Notes: generated from the sequence alone by a model not told the origin. A stretch of DNA of 63,086 nt, filler included, from Aduncisulcus paluster (GCA_024181965.1; 7 parts of 7 records of this genome joined end to end with filler, not necessarily neighbours in it), one strand, 5' to 3'. Numbered from the whole stretch's first letter, positions 22,349 to 32,916 are shown. Translations and numbers: made by a program.

Positions 22349-25300
22349 TTATTTCCTATTAATCTTGGATTTTCCGAGTTTCCATTTCATGACATCAGAC
22401 GAATATTTCATAATACTTTGCATATTTTGATTCTGATTTTTGCCCCATTTCGTTCTTAAAATAGTTCCAAGTTCGAAAGGGTCAGCAGCAATACTTGACT
22501 TTTCTTGACTTATTTTCTCAATTTCTTCAAAATCAGAGTAAGATGGTACAGATAAATGACTCAATTTGGACAAACACTTAAAGAATATTATCTTCATATT
22601 CTCTTCTTCTTGTTGTCTCATCTCTTTCTCGATTGTGAAGGTCTTGGATTGCTCAAGAACAGATGGGAGATGACCAAGCCTGTATTGTAACATAGAATCG
22701 CGGTGTTCGTTTTCTTTATCACGGCTGGCCTTTGCTTTCACAAAAGATATCAACTTAATTGTTTCCTCAGATAACTTTTCTGAAGGGTTTTTGGACATAT
22801 CTTCAATCAATGAATCTTGAGAATGAGGAATTTCAATACCAATTGAGTCCGTCAGTCCAGATATCTCCCCTGTCCTCTCACCGATAACAGCACTAATATT
22901 AGGCGGACTCAGTGCAAAAGAAGGAGATTGTAATGCATCACTTGAATCGGCAGTAACAGAAGAACCAGATAAGCCATGTTTCTTCTCCTCGCTCATTCTC
23001 TTAAGGTTTGCAATGATATATTGTTTCTTTTTGCTTTTCTCCCCATGGTTATCTGATAGTGCACTATACAATGCTGTCTGTTGAGTTTTTCTTGGTACTT
23101 CTTTCACAGAGGAAGTATCATCATCTCCTTTCTGAGACATATCATCTTGATTACTTGAAACTGCAGCGGACAGGGCACTTGAAATGGCACCTTTCCTTCC
23201 GAATTTGAAGGAAGAGGAAGAGGAAGAGGAAGAGGAAGAGGAAGAGGAAGAGGAAGCGATAGATGATCTGCTATGGTGACTGGCATCTCCAAAGCTGCCA
23301 AAACCACGGCGAGAGCGAGTTGCTACAAGATGTTCAAGCTGCTCTTTCTGATCTTTCACTTGCCGGTTTTCAACGATTCTCGCCTCAAGACGGTCTCTGA
23401 GAAGGCTCACTTCGAGTTGGGTATCGGCTAGAGATTGTTGGAGTACGGTTTGCGCCGACTCAGCAGCTGAGAGTGCCGAAGACAAATCTCCGAGAGATGA
23501 GAGTAAAGCAGCAGTTGCAGAACTTAAAGGCGGAAAGGATAAATAGATAGAAGCGTTAGATCCTGTCATTGGTACTTCACCAACATAAGGAGATGATGTA
23601 GATGATGATGAACCACAAATACGAAGTAAAGCATCATGTAGCTCCAACACACGTGAAGCAAGAATAGAATACTGGACCATCTGTGGATCTTCCTCCTCCT
23701 CTTCTTCATCTTCCTCTTGTTCATGTTCTTTTTCTTCTCCTTCCTTTTCTTTTTTCCGCAGTCGTCTACTTTTTGTGCTTCTATCTCTATTTAGTTCTTT
23801 AACATGGTCTTGTCTTTCCTTGACCGTGCCAGAGTCATACCCACCAATGGTAAAGGAAGAAGAGAGAGAGGAGGAGGAGGAGGAGGAGAGAGAGGAGGAG
23901 GAAGGATCAAAAGAAAGTCGTGAAATGGCATTCCACACAACCCTTGTCCGGGCATATACTTGATGGTGGAGATTAGAGGAGGAAGTTATGCCAAATGAGA
24001 GAGAAAGACAATGGACAAGACTGGATAGAGCTTTTTCACATTCACATTTAATCTTCATATCTTTATCTCTCTCACAAATAGAAGGATCCTTCGAGATTAC
24101 CTTCTCCTCTTCCTCTTCTTCTTTTCCTTCCTCTTCTTCTTTTCCTTCCTCTTCAGATGTTTCTGAAAGCATATCGTTCTCCTTGAGATATCTCCATAGC
24201 TGGACAGCACAGGCATATATACCACATGAAAGCCCACATTCACACACGGGTGGATCGAAGCATGATAAGAATGCCGGAACAAAGATGTTATTGTTTTCAG
24301 AATACATAACGGATGCATCTGAAGTCGAATGTTCTATTTTTGCTGCATGAAGAGTGTCTGAGTTCTTTGTAGTGCCACTTGATCCACTCGAGTTGAATAT
24401 CTTTGAAGTCTGGAGAGCTTGGATACAATCACGTTCACAAGACAAGGCTGGAATGGAAAGAAAAGAAGAGGAAGAGACAGATGGAGAAGAGGAAGAAGAA
24501 GATAAAAGTTTAGGTGACACAATAATTGTTGACGATTTGGAACCTGAAAATTGTTGTGTTATGGAATAAAATAACGGCAACACTTGAGTCATTGTTTGTT
24601 CTTGAATGCCCTGAATTTCTTTATCTTTTTTCCTCATTCCAACTCCACTGACTTTTAAACACACATCACACACTTGAGAGAGTAAAGAATTCACAGCGGG
24701 AATACCTCCAGGGTAACGTAGAAAGCACACGGCACCTTCTTTTCCTGCTTCCACGAGTCCGTGGATGAGTGTTTTGGCACATATCCACACAAAACATGAG
24801 TTGAATTCGTTAGGATCGAACGAGAACATGTCAAAAGATTTAAGCGAGGAGAGTTTAACAAGAGTTTGAGACGAAGCTTTAATAATATCTGCACAAACAG
24901 CACAAACTGAAGAGAGAAGACCTAAACAATGACCGACATTCATACAAAGGTCGACAAATCCAGATAATGTTTGAATGAACAAGTTCTTAGAAGCTGGTTT
25001 ATCCTTGAATATTGAGGTAATTAGAGGAGTTATTATGGTATTATTCGCAATGGAGGATGCAATTTGTCTCATTTTGGCTTGGGATGAGGATAAAAAGGAG
25101 GCAGATCGCCAAGTCTGCATTTCTTCAACTGAAGCGACATTAGCGATGGCTTGACCGGCTATTCTACGACGGTCAGCTTTAACTCCGTCCAATTGGGTCT
25201 TTGTGACCTTCAAAGCAGATGCCAATTCTTTTGATACGTGTCCAGCTTTAAGAGCAACTTTTTCAAGGGCTGAACATCTCGTTTCAAGAATAGAGCACTT

Positions 25301-25735
25301 TCTATTCGACTCAGAAGCTGAAATAATTGCCGATGAAGCTCTTTCTTCAGCTTTATCAATTGTCATACGTAAATCTTTCAATAACAACTGTTGTTTATCT
25401 TTTTCTTTTCCATAAGAATCAAGACGTTTCATTAAAGTATCATTTTGTTTTTCTAATTCGGCTGTTCGCTCTCTTAATTCTATATTATCAGAAGTTATTT
25501 TCCCATTTATATAATCAGCCTTTTCCGCGGCTTGAGCAAAGCTCTTGAGTTCTAAAAGTTCATTTTTATATTTTTGAATGTCGACTTCAAGTAGTTTAAC
25601 CCTATCTTCAGTCTTGGAAGCCTCTTTTTGCGCTTGTTGAAGCTGTTGGACAGCTGAAACTAATATTTTGTTTTGTGCCACACATTTTTCGAGTTTAGCG
25701 GCCAATTTTTTGACAAGAGACTCCGATTGAGACAT
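22349..25735 (-). CDS. Coiled-coil protein with a KLRAQ/PPP1R21-like N-terminus
   Basis: First ATG at 25735. N-terminal and central heptad-rich regions. KKLAAKLEKCVAQNKILVSAV resembles the KLRAQ motif. Confidence 0.55.
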   Translation of the reverse strand: MSQSESLVKKLAAKLEKCVAQNKILVSAVQQLQQAQKEASKTEDRVKLLEVDIQKYKNELLELKSFAQAAEKADYINGKITSDNIELRERTAELEKQNDTLMKRLDSYGKEKDKQQLLLKDLRMTIDKAEERASSAIISASESNRKCSILETRCSALEKVALKAGHVSKELASALKVTKTQLDGVKADRRRIAGQAIANVASVEEMQTWRSASFLSSSQAKMRQIASSIANNTIITPLITSIFKDKPASKNLFIQTLSGFVDLCMNVGHCLGLLSSVCAVCADIIKASSQTLVKLSSLKSFDMFSFDPNEFNSCFVWICAKTLIHGLVEAGKEGAVCFLRYPGGIPAVNSLLSQVCDVCLKVSGVGMRKKDKEIQGIQEQTMTQVLPLFYSITQQFSGSKSSTIIVSPKLLSSSSSSPSVSSSSFLSIPALSCERDCIQALQTSKIFNSSGSSGTTKNSDTLHAAKIEHSTSDASVMYSENNNIFVPAFLSCFDPPVCECGLSCGIYACAVQLWRYLKENDMLSETSEEEGKEEEEGKEEEEEEKVISKDPSICERDKDMKIKCECEKALSSLVHCLSLSFGITSSSNLHHQVYARTRVVWNAISRLSFDPSSSSLSSSSSSSLSSSFTIGGYDSGTVKERQDHVKELNRDRSTKSRRLRKKEKEGEEKEHEQEEDEEEEEEDPQMVQYSILASRVLELHDALLRICGSSSSTSSPYVGEVPMTGSNASIYLSFPPLSSATAALLSSLGDLSSALSAAESAQTVLQQSLADTQLEVSLLRDRLEARIVENRQVKDQKEQLEHLVATRSRRGFGSFGDASHHSRSSIASSSSSSSSSSSSSSSFKFGRKGAISSALSAAVSSNQDDMSQKGDDDTSSVKEVPRKTQQTALYSALSDNHGEKSKKKQYIIANLKRMSEEKKHGLSGSSVTADSSDALQSPSFALSPPNISAVIGERTGEISGLTDSIGIEIPHSQDSLIEDMSKNPSEKLSEETIKLISFVKAKASRDKENEHRDSMLQYRLGHLPSVLEQSKTFTIEKEMRQQEEENMKIIFFKCLSKLSHLSVPSYSDFEEIEKISQEKSSIAADPFELGTILRTKWGKNQNQNMQSIMKYSSDVMKWKLGKSKINRK

Positions 25736-26194
25736 ATTTGTATCAATGTAGAGCAAGAAAAACCTATAGCGAAATTCCTATCTTCATATGTCAATAATAA
25801 TGACTTTTCATAGGAAGATTATTTCACAATATTGATAATTATTGCCGGATTCAATTATGATACTTATTCTAATTGCTATAATGAAGACAATATTCCTTGG
25901 AATCCTTTATCAATGATTCTGGCAAATTTTGAAAATTCATTCCTCTTTATATTGGATATAATTACTATTTTAAACTAATTTTTCGCATAAAAAATTCAGA
26001 ATACTAAACAGAAAGATGATCATCAACATTCTACTTTGAAGGTAGAAATCTGCCATGTAAAATAGCTAATAAGAAAATATAAAACGCTATAATTCTTTAG
26101 AATTGTGAACAATTATGATAGAATCCGGAATATCTTCGAACATTTCAAAGTGGTAAAAAAAACTTTCACTTTTGCTTACCTAGTTGTTAAGAAC

Positions 26195-26282
26195 GTATGT
26201 ATTCCTAATCCTCTTGCACAATACGTCTTTACTTTTCATGATTTTTATTGATGGTGTTTTAACTGTCTCTCTAAACCTTCAG
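26195..26282 (+). other. Candidate 5'-UTR spliceosomal intron (88 nt)
   Basis: GTATGT donor, TTAAC/CTAAAC branch-like motif, CCTTCAG acceptor 10 nt before the ATG at 26293. Confidence 0.6.
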
Positions 26283-26292
26283 AAATAATTAA

Positions 26293-27792
26293 ATGGCTGG
26301 TTTCCCAACACCCGTTAGTTCCGTTGTCCTCCTCTCCTGGGCCGATAAGATTGCTGCTGCTATGCCCTCTTTCCGTGCTCTTGCCACTGTCAAGGAGTTC
26401 TGTGAGTTCCTCCAAGCTGATGGCTCCATTGGTGTTACCCTTGCTCAATTAATCGTTGTTCTCGAGCCTCTTAAGGAGATGAACAACATGCTCATCGATG
26501 CCCTCGAGCTTCTCCAACCCGCTTTCCTTCCCTCCTCCGGAAATGATATCGTTGTTCTTGTCAAGTTCTTGAAAGAGGCTCTTGGTAATCCTCGGTTTGC
26601 TGTTGATGCTCTGAAGTTGATTGAGTGGGCCCGTTCTTCAAAGGCCTTTGATGAGGAACTCATTAAGCTCTGTTGTTCCGAGGACGATGGATCCATTGAC
26701 ACTGAAAGCCGCGAATACATATCCATCAAACGTACCCTCGATCTTCCCCTCTGTGTCCGTCAAGTAGGTGTTAACATCTTTGGTCCCACTGTTGAAGGAG
26801 ACAACATTGTCTTCATTCTTGACAGAAGTGGAAGTATGGGAGAAAAAGTCACTTTAGATGGCACTACCAAGACTAGAGCTGGATGGGTGTCCGATTCCAT
26901 GTGCCAAATGCTCCCAAGACTCAAAGAAGGTGCTAACTTTGGCATTGTTACTTTCGACACTGCTCTCGAGCACATGTCATCCACCCTTGTCACTGGTTCC
27001 GACGCTATTGATGCTGGTATGGCCTTCTCCACTGGTCCCCATGTTGCTCCTCGTAATGGTACCAACATTTCCATGGGTCTTGCTTCTGTTCCTGCCTATG
27101 GTACTGTTGACACTGTGTACTTGCTCTCTGACGGTGAGCCCTACTCTGGAATCACCAGTCCTTCTGCCATCGCTAGCTGGGTCAAGACTAATCTCCCCAA
27201 CACTGTCATCCACACTACCAACTTCCTTGGAGGTGCTACTGCCAACGCTTACCTCTCTGCCATTGCCAAGGCTTCTCGTGGTACTCACAAGAACATTACT
27301 CCTCAGAGCATTGAGGAGTTGAAGGTTAACGTCTTCAAGCCTGAACTGGTTGCTGAGCGTATTGCTGCCCAGATGCCTGGTCCTGACAGACGTGCTTTGT
27401 ATGAATCTGGTGCCTCCGCTGGAGCTGGATTCATGGGAGCCATGGGTATGGGCGGTGGAATGATGGGAAGTATGATGGAAATGGCCAAGAAAGCCGTGGA
27501 ACAAGAGTACGCCAATGCTGGACTCACTGTGAACAAGGACAAGGTCCAGGACATGAGCGCCCAGGGTGCTGCCATGGGCGGAATGGCCCAAGGAATGATG
27601 GGCGGTGTCATGGGTATGGGTGGCATGGGTGGAATGCCTGGAATGGGTGGAATGCCCGGAATGGGCGGAATGATGGGCATGGGTGGAATGCCTGGAATGG
27701 GTCAGCAACCTCAACAACAACAACAAGGTGGTATGATGGGAGGTATGATGGGCGGAATGATGGGTGGAATGATGGGTGGAATGGGATTCTAA
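26293..27792 (+). CDS. von Willebrand factor A domain protein with a Gly/Met/Pro-rich low-complexity tail
   Basis: MIDAS motif VFILDRSGSM, GTNI, VYLLSDGEP. C-terminal (GGMPGM)n and poly-Q. Confidence 0.9.
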   Translation: MAGFPTPVSSVVLLSWADKIAAAMPSFRALATVKEFCEFLQADGSIGVTLAQLIVVLEPLKEMNNMLIDALELLQPAFLPSSGNDIVVLVKFLKEALGNPRFAVDALKLIEWARSSKAFDEELIKLCCSEDDGSIDTESREYISIKRTLDLPLCVRQVGVNIFGPTVEGDNIVFILDRSGSMGEKVTLDGTTKTRAGWVSDSMCQMLPRLKEGANFGIVTFDTALEHMSSTLVTGSDAIDAGMAFSTGPHVAPRNGTNISMGLASVPAYGTVDTVYLLSDGEPYSGITSPSAIASWVKTNLPNTVIHTTNFLGGATANAYLSAIAKASRGTHKNITPQSIEELKVNVFKPELVAERIAAQMPGPDRRALYESGASAGAGFMGAMGMGGGMMGSMMEMAKKAVEQEYANAGLTVNKDKVQDMSAQGAAMGGMAQGMMGGVMGMGGMGGMPGMGGMPGMGGMMGMGGMPGMGQQPQQQQQGGMMGGMMGGMMGGMMGGMGF

Positions 27793-28150
27793 TCCAGAAG
27801 ATTCAACTCTGTCTTTTTACATTTGGTTTCTAATGTGTCAATATTTTAGTTCATGTTTTTGATCCATTTTATATGATGGATTCATATCAAGGTTAATTTC
27901 TCCTTCTCGGCAATTAATTTGTTTGATTTTATTCTATTTGGCCTGTTAAATAAAGGTGATTATCTTCGATTTGATGACTTTTTGAAGTTGATGATTTCGC
28001 CGTCGTATTCATCCCTTATTAAGGAGGTAAAAGGACAATAAAAAAACAATTATAGATTTTTAATGGTAATTTTTTTAAAATTGAATTGATTTCATCCCTT
28101 TTTCATTCTCCAATAATGAAGACCAATTTATTGGCATTTTGTGCTTGACA

Positions 28151-28997
28151 ATGAAGGCATTCGTAAAGAATTTACATAGTCTTTCCGCGCAAGGCAAAAT
28201 TCCTGTTGATGTGCAAAGTGTATGCCCTGAAGAAGATCCGATTGTTCTTGCTGGATACGCAAAATCCCTTGTAGGAAGAGGTTTTGCAACTCTGACGTAT
28301 CAAAATTATTTTTCATATGAATGTACTGCTGAAGGAAAGCTTATTTGTCAAGGATCTTCCCCAGAATTCAAAGTGATCCTTCAAGTTCAGGAAAGTGGCG
28401 AATCTGGCATTTGTGCCAAGAATGTTGACAAGATTGGACTTGGTCATGCTTTAAAACGTCGTTGGATATCACGTAAAAACGTTGAAAGTGAGACCTTCCT
28501 CTATCCCGTTTCTTCTGAAGTTCCTGAAGACATTGTCAAGAACTATTTATTGATTCTTGAGAAATGTCCAACTTCTTCAGATGTTCCTTCAAAAGAATTG
28601 AAGACTTTAGAGAAACGTAAGCTTGTGACAAAGGTCAAACATCAGATCCCAATCATTGGTCTCGTGAAAGGAATGGATATCCTTCTATCTCTCCGAAAAG
28701 AGATCAAAATGCTCACCTCTGACCTTCTCAAAAGTGGAGAATGGGAAAAGGGATACATGAAACCTCTGAATCTGAAAGCTCATGGTGTAGCTCCTCGTGC
28801 TGGTGCTCTGCATCCCTTAATGAAGGTTAGGAAGGAAGTTCGTGAGATATTTTTGGCCATGGGTTTCCAAGAGATGTGCACGGATCGTTGGGTCGAGTCC
28901 TCTTTCTGGAACTTTGACTCTCTCTTCCAACCTCAGCAACATCCTGCCCGTGACTCCCATGATACTTTTTTCCTCAAGGGAGAGGCTGCTCGTACTC
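28151..28997 (+). CDS. FARSA: Cytosolic phenylalanyl-tRNA synthetase alpha subunit (3'-partial)
   Basis: GALHPLMKVRKEVREIFLAMGFQEM, WVESSFWNFDSLFQPQQHPARDSHDTFF. Truncated at the contig end. Confidence 0.95.
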
Positions 28998-29097
28998 NNN
29001 NNNNNNNNNNNNNNNNNNNNNNNNNNNNNNNNNNNNNNNNNTTAATTAATTAANNNNNNNNNNNNNNNNNNNNNNNNNNNNNNNNNNNNNNNNNNNN
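28998..29097. other. Artificial contig linker
   Basis: N44-TTAATTAATTAA-N44. Confidence 0.99.
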
Positions 29098-29099
29098 CT

Positions 29100-32000
29100 A
29101 CTACAAAGAAAATTTATCAATGTGAAGAAGGAACTCATCAATTTACTATTGGATGTGATGCTGTGGTTGATACCTTCGATATTAGTGTATCATTGAACAG
29201 TGATGAATTCAAATGGTTTTCTTCTGCATATTACATCGATTCTGATGGAAATATTGGCGAAAAACTCCCTGTTCCCATGACTTTGTATGATTATGCCGAA
29301 AACAAAGATGATATTGGCGATGACTCTGTGACTCGTTCTGTCCTCCTCCGCATCTGGGCGGAACCATCGTACTCCAATCTCCCCGATACAGAAACCGGTT
29401 CTGTATTTCGTGGCGGATTTCCTGTTACCCCTTCAAGTGATGGGGAACTTTACAGTCGGGCTCTTCATTTCACTGGAGAAAAGCCACACATTATTCTATC
29501 TTCCATCCGTACATTTGATGCCACGACAGATATCGAATGGAATTCCGATTCCAATACCTGGGACATTGAGCTCCTTGTTCAGGAAGGTCTTGGTCATTTC
29601 ATTATCACTTCCCGAAGATCCATGAATTTCTCCTATAATACCATTAGTGCCTGTTCCTTCCTAATGGGTGATCCATCGTGGACTGCCACGACTAGTTCCA
29701 ATTCCGAGTCGTGGTGTGCTGTTACGGACACTTCATCCTTCGATACTACAGTCCAAACAGACTTCACTTTCCTCTGTTCGCCCTTTATGGATAGACATTG
29801 CATCGGTCTTCCTGTTCCCACGTCTTCCTTACGAGGGATTGTGTCACAGTCTTCCTTTCAGTATTTTGTCACCACATCCATGCGATTTGAAGTCCTTCCT
29901 GCCCCATCGACAATCACTGCCTCCTCACCTGCGGCACAACATCTGTCTTTCATTCCTCGTGGGGCCATTGGAATTGCTACGACTCCATCAGATCCCTTAG
30001 ATCTAAGCACAGTCATGCCTCTGGCTCGTGGTGTCCTCATTCAGAGTGTCGATTCTGATGGTTCTGGAGTATATTTTTCAATTGACAATCAAACGTTGAT
30101 ATTATTACCTCTTACTGACGATACCTCAAAGGACTGGGTTCCCATTACTGGTTTAACTCCTCGCCATGTTCTTGATCGGGATGGGAGATGGACGACCACG
30201 AATTCCATGATTGCTGCCGTCGGTTGCAATGTGTCTGAGAGTGGCGATTGTTCCGTGTCTTGGCTAAACGTTGGAGATAGCGAAGTGTTACACACCCTTG
30301 ACCATAACCTGACCCAAGATAACATCGATGAAGAGGGGGCGCTTGTTCCTCTTGCTAACGATGCCACCCTTGACTTATCGAGTGAATCATTAAGCGTTCT
30401 CGGCTCTGCTCACATCAAACATATCTCCACATGTGTCATCAGTACCACCAACGTGTCTATCATCCTATGTACCTTCCATGGGTCTGACAACGCAACATAC
30501 TTCGGGGAGATTGAATTGACTGCCCAAAATAAGGATGGAACTGCCGCAGCAGCTTCTCTAGAACAATGCACAAAGATATCCAGTTCTGAAGTTGACTATA
30601 CTATCTCCACTTTCCTTGAGGGAGGCCAAGACTTGATCTTACATCCCATGGAAATAGATGGCGGACCATTATATTTATCCACAGTACAAGGTGTTGGAAA
30701 GACCGAACTCAATATTCTATATCGAGACGGAACGCAATTTGATACTTCCATAGAGTATATTGAATCAATCCAGGCCAATCGACACGGACTCGTCGTTATG
30801 AAAAGCAACGAAGGAAAGCTCTTTGCTGGTGACTTTATAAATGGGATATTTTATGAAATTCATTCTCCTATATCAGATTCATCTTCCATACATCTCAGGT
30901 TTGGATCAGGAGGTGAACGTCTCGAGTTCCTTCAATGGAATACAGACTCCGCCTCTGTGTCTGGTGAGAAACAGCAGTATGTGATCCCATTTACATATCT
31001 TACGTTTACTTCAGAACTGATGTTACAGCAATATCCTTCAAATAATCGTTCCACTCTTCCTTTGACCTGTCCAATGAGTCGAATGGATGTCTCGGAGGTT
31101 CCTTTTTCCATCCACCTAGATTATTGTGATGACGAAGAATCATTCAGTATCTCTACTATCTCAAAATCAGCTACTCCGATATGGGTTAGCGTTATATACC
31201 CAAGTACTCTGGATGCCCCATCTGCCTCCCATAGTCTACAACTTGTCTCAGATAACTCCAAAGCCATTGCCATCAGCACTTCTCATTATGAGATATCAAA
31301 TAGTAAGAACGAGAATATGTGTGGAGCTTATCGTTTCGTAACAAATATATTCAGTCCGGGCTGTACTGTGTGGCTCAACATGCAGAGATCCATTTCCTTA
31401 TCTTCTATTCTCTCAACCGCTGCTATTTATAGTGCCACTGATTATGACACAAAAGTAGTAACGACCACAGAGTTGGAGACAGTCCATGAAGGATTCTTTT
31501 CCCTTCCTTCTTTCTCCACCGTTTCTCCTGTAGTCAGTATCCGAGCTGGATGTCCTCCGGGAAGACATATTCGCGTCAGCGGAGTTACGTTTGACTCTTC
31601 GCAATGTCCTGACTTTGCATCTGGTGGTTCCAAACATTCATTGGTTTCAAGCTCTGGCAAAATTGATTCTCTTTTGACGAAATCTTTCCTCGATTCCCAA
31701 CTTGTTGATCCAGACATTACTGAATACGATGTCGCAGAATTTGGATGCCCAATCTCTGTTTATCATGGAGTTGAATCGTACTTGCCGACGATTGAACTCT
31801 GGGACGGATCTGATAAGATACGCGACGTTTCGGCCGAGTTTATTATATGGGAAGTTCAAGGTAGAACAGATTGGGAAACCCTCATCACGTGTCAGGAGGC
31901 TGGCTGTTCTTATCCAGCTCAGAGTATGAAGACAGTTTGGGATGCATTTGATCATCCCACGATCACCGATCCAACAGGAAGGGACATGTGGGATTTCTGG

Positions 32001-32336
32001 GACAGAGAAGTCTATGAAAGCTGCAATACAGAGGATCTTAAGGGTGCAATGGCATCGTTAGATCAGTCATATCCCTTTTTGTCTGCCGATGGGGGCAATG
32101 GAATTGCTTTTAATAACATTGGAAATGATGGAACCTTTTTGTTCAGTGTGAAGGTTATTGATCCAGAATATACAGTGTGTGAACTCGAGACATATCTTGG
32201 CATGGACGTATATGGGGCACCTCTCAGTGGAACTGTGAATGTTATAGTTATATTATCAATTACTGCAATTTGTATTGGAGGATTGTTTGTGAGTTTCCTT
32301 CTCTCGCGAAAGAGAAATTCAAGTTTAGACGGATAG
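29100..32336 (+). CDS. CatSper auxiliary subunit epsilon/delta-like type-I membrane protein (5'-partial)
   Basis: Frame is open from the contig start. C-terminal motifs GCPPG, FGCP, DVSAEFIIWEVQGRTDW, AGC..PAQ, YESC, FSVKVIDPEYTVCEL, VYG, then one TM helix. Confidence 0.75.
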   Translation, partial: TTKKIYQCEEGTHQFTIGCDAVVDTFDISVSLNSDEFKWFSSAYYIDSDGNIGEKLPVPMTLYDYAENKDDIGDDSVTRSVLLRIWAEPSYSNLPDTETGSVFRGGFPVTPSSDGELYSRALHFTGEKPHIILSSIRTFDATTDIEWNSDSNTWDIELLVQEGLGHFIITSRRSMNFSYNTISACSFLMGDPSWTATTSSNSESWCAVTDTSSFDTTVQTDFTFLCSPFMDRHCIGLPVPTSSLRGIVSQSSFQYFVTTSMRFEVLPAPSTITASSPAAQHLSFIPRGAIGIATTPSDPLDLSTVMPLARGVLIQSVDSDGSGVYFSIDNQTLILLPLTDDTSKDWVPITGLTPRHVLDRDGRWTTTNSMIAAVGCNVSESGDCSVSWLNVGDSEVLHTLDHNLTQDNIDEEGALVPLANDATLDLSSESLSVLGSAHIKHISTCVISTTNVSIILCTFHGSDNATYFGEIELTAQNKDGTAAAASLEQCTKISSSEVDYTISTFLEGGQDLILHPMEIDGGPLYLSTVQGVGKTELNILYRDGTQFDTSIEYIESIQANRHGLVVMKSNEGKLFAGDFINGIFYEIHSPISDSSSIHLRFGSGGERLEFLQWNTDSASVSGEKQQYVIPFTYLTFTSELMLQQYPSNNRSTLPLTCPMSRMDVSEVPFSIHLDYCDDEESFSISTISKSATPIWVSVIYPSTLDAPSASHSLQLVSDNSKAIAISTSHYEISNSKNENMCGAYRFVTNIFSPGCTVWLNMQRSISLSSILSTAAIYSATDYDTKVVTTTELETVHEGFFSLPSFSTVSPVVSIRAGCPPGRHIRVSGVTFDSSQCPDFASGGSKHSLVSSSGKIDSLLTKSFLDSQLVDPDITEYDVAEFGCPISVYHGVESYLPTIELWDGSDKIRDVSAEFIIWEVQGRTDWETLITCQEAGCSYPAQSMKTVWDAFDHPTITDPTGRDMWDFWDREVYESCNTEDLKGAMASLDQSYPFLSADGGNGIAFNNIGNDGTFLFSVKVIDPEYTVCELETYLGMDVYGAPLSGTVNVIVILSITAICIGGLFVSFLLSRKRNSSLDG

Positions 32337-32499
32337 AATCTTTCGGATAAATGATTATATATAGGATTCAGTGACAAATATTTATTTATTATCTCAAAAA
32401 AACGAATAATACAAATTTAAAATTTGAAATTTTAATAAAATCTTATTATAGAGATGCGTAATGACGAAATTGATTTGAAATTTACAAAATTATTGACAT

Positions 32500-32916
32500 T
32501 TATTCTTCTTCAGCAAGTTTTGTTTCCGTTTCTGGCACAAGAGCAACAGCTTCAGCGTATGTTGCACTCAAAGTAAGAACAGGATCATCTTTAGCCTCAT
32601 CAATTGCCTTTTTGAGATCAACTAACCCGCGTTCCAATCTTAAAAATGTATTTTCCACCATTCCTTTGCTTTCTGCCAACACAGCTTTTTGTTGTCCTGC
32701 CCTTGCATGTTTCTCGCTCACAAGGGCTTCATATCTTGCTGTTTCAGTTATTACTTCTTCTTTATACATATCAAACTCTTTTGTTGTTCTAAATTTGGTT
32801 GGGGAAAAAAGTAAATCCAATATGACATTAAAATAATAATTCCATCAAGTATTGAAAAACAAAACATACCTTTTAACAACTCCAATCTTAATTTTTAACT
32901 TTCTTTCGTCGATCAT
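32500..32916 (-). CDS. TBCA: Tubulin-binding cofactor A, two exons (32916-32870 and 32788-32500)
   Basis: Spliced product MIDERKLKIKIGVVKRTTKEFDMYKEE...QQKAVLAESKGMV matches the TBCA consensus. 81-nt GTATGT...TTTAG intron. Confidence 0.9.
32789..32869 (-). other. Spliceosomal intron of TBCA (81 nt, phase 2)
   Basis: AG|GTATGT ... TTTAG|A. Removal restores the conserved GVVKR-xxKE motif in frame. Confidence 0.9.

Noticed and set aside
23211-23930. (GAG/GAA)n and other microsatellites across the window
   Set aside because: They encode poly-Ser/Glu tracts common in most genes here. Ordinary slippage.
26445-27726. Long antisense/overlapping ORFs over the vWA gene (and similar ones over 9441-16580)
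   Set aside because: Shadow ORFs expected from codon bias and repeats. No motifs.
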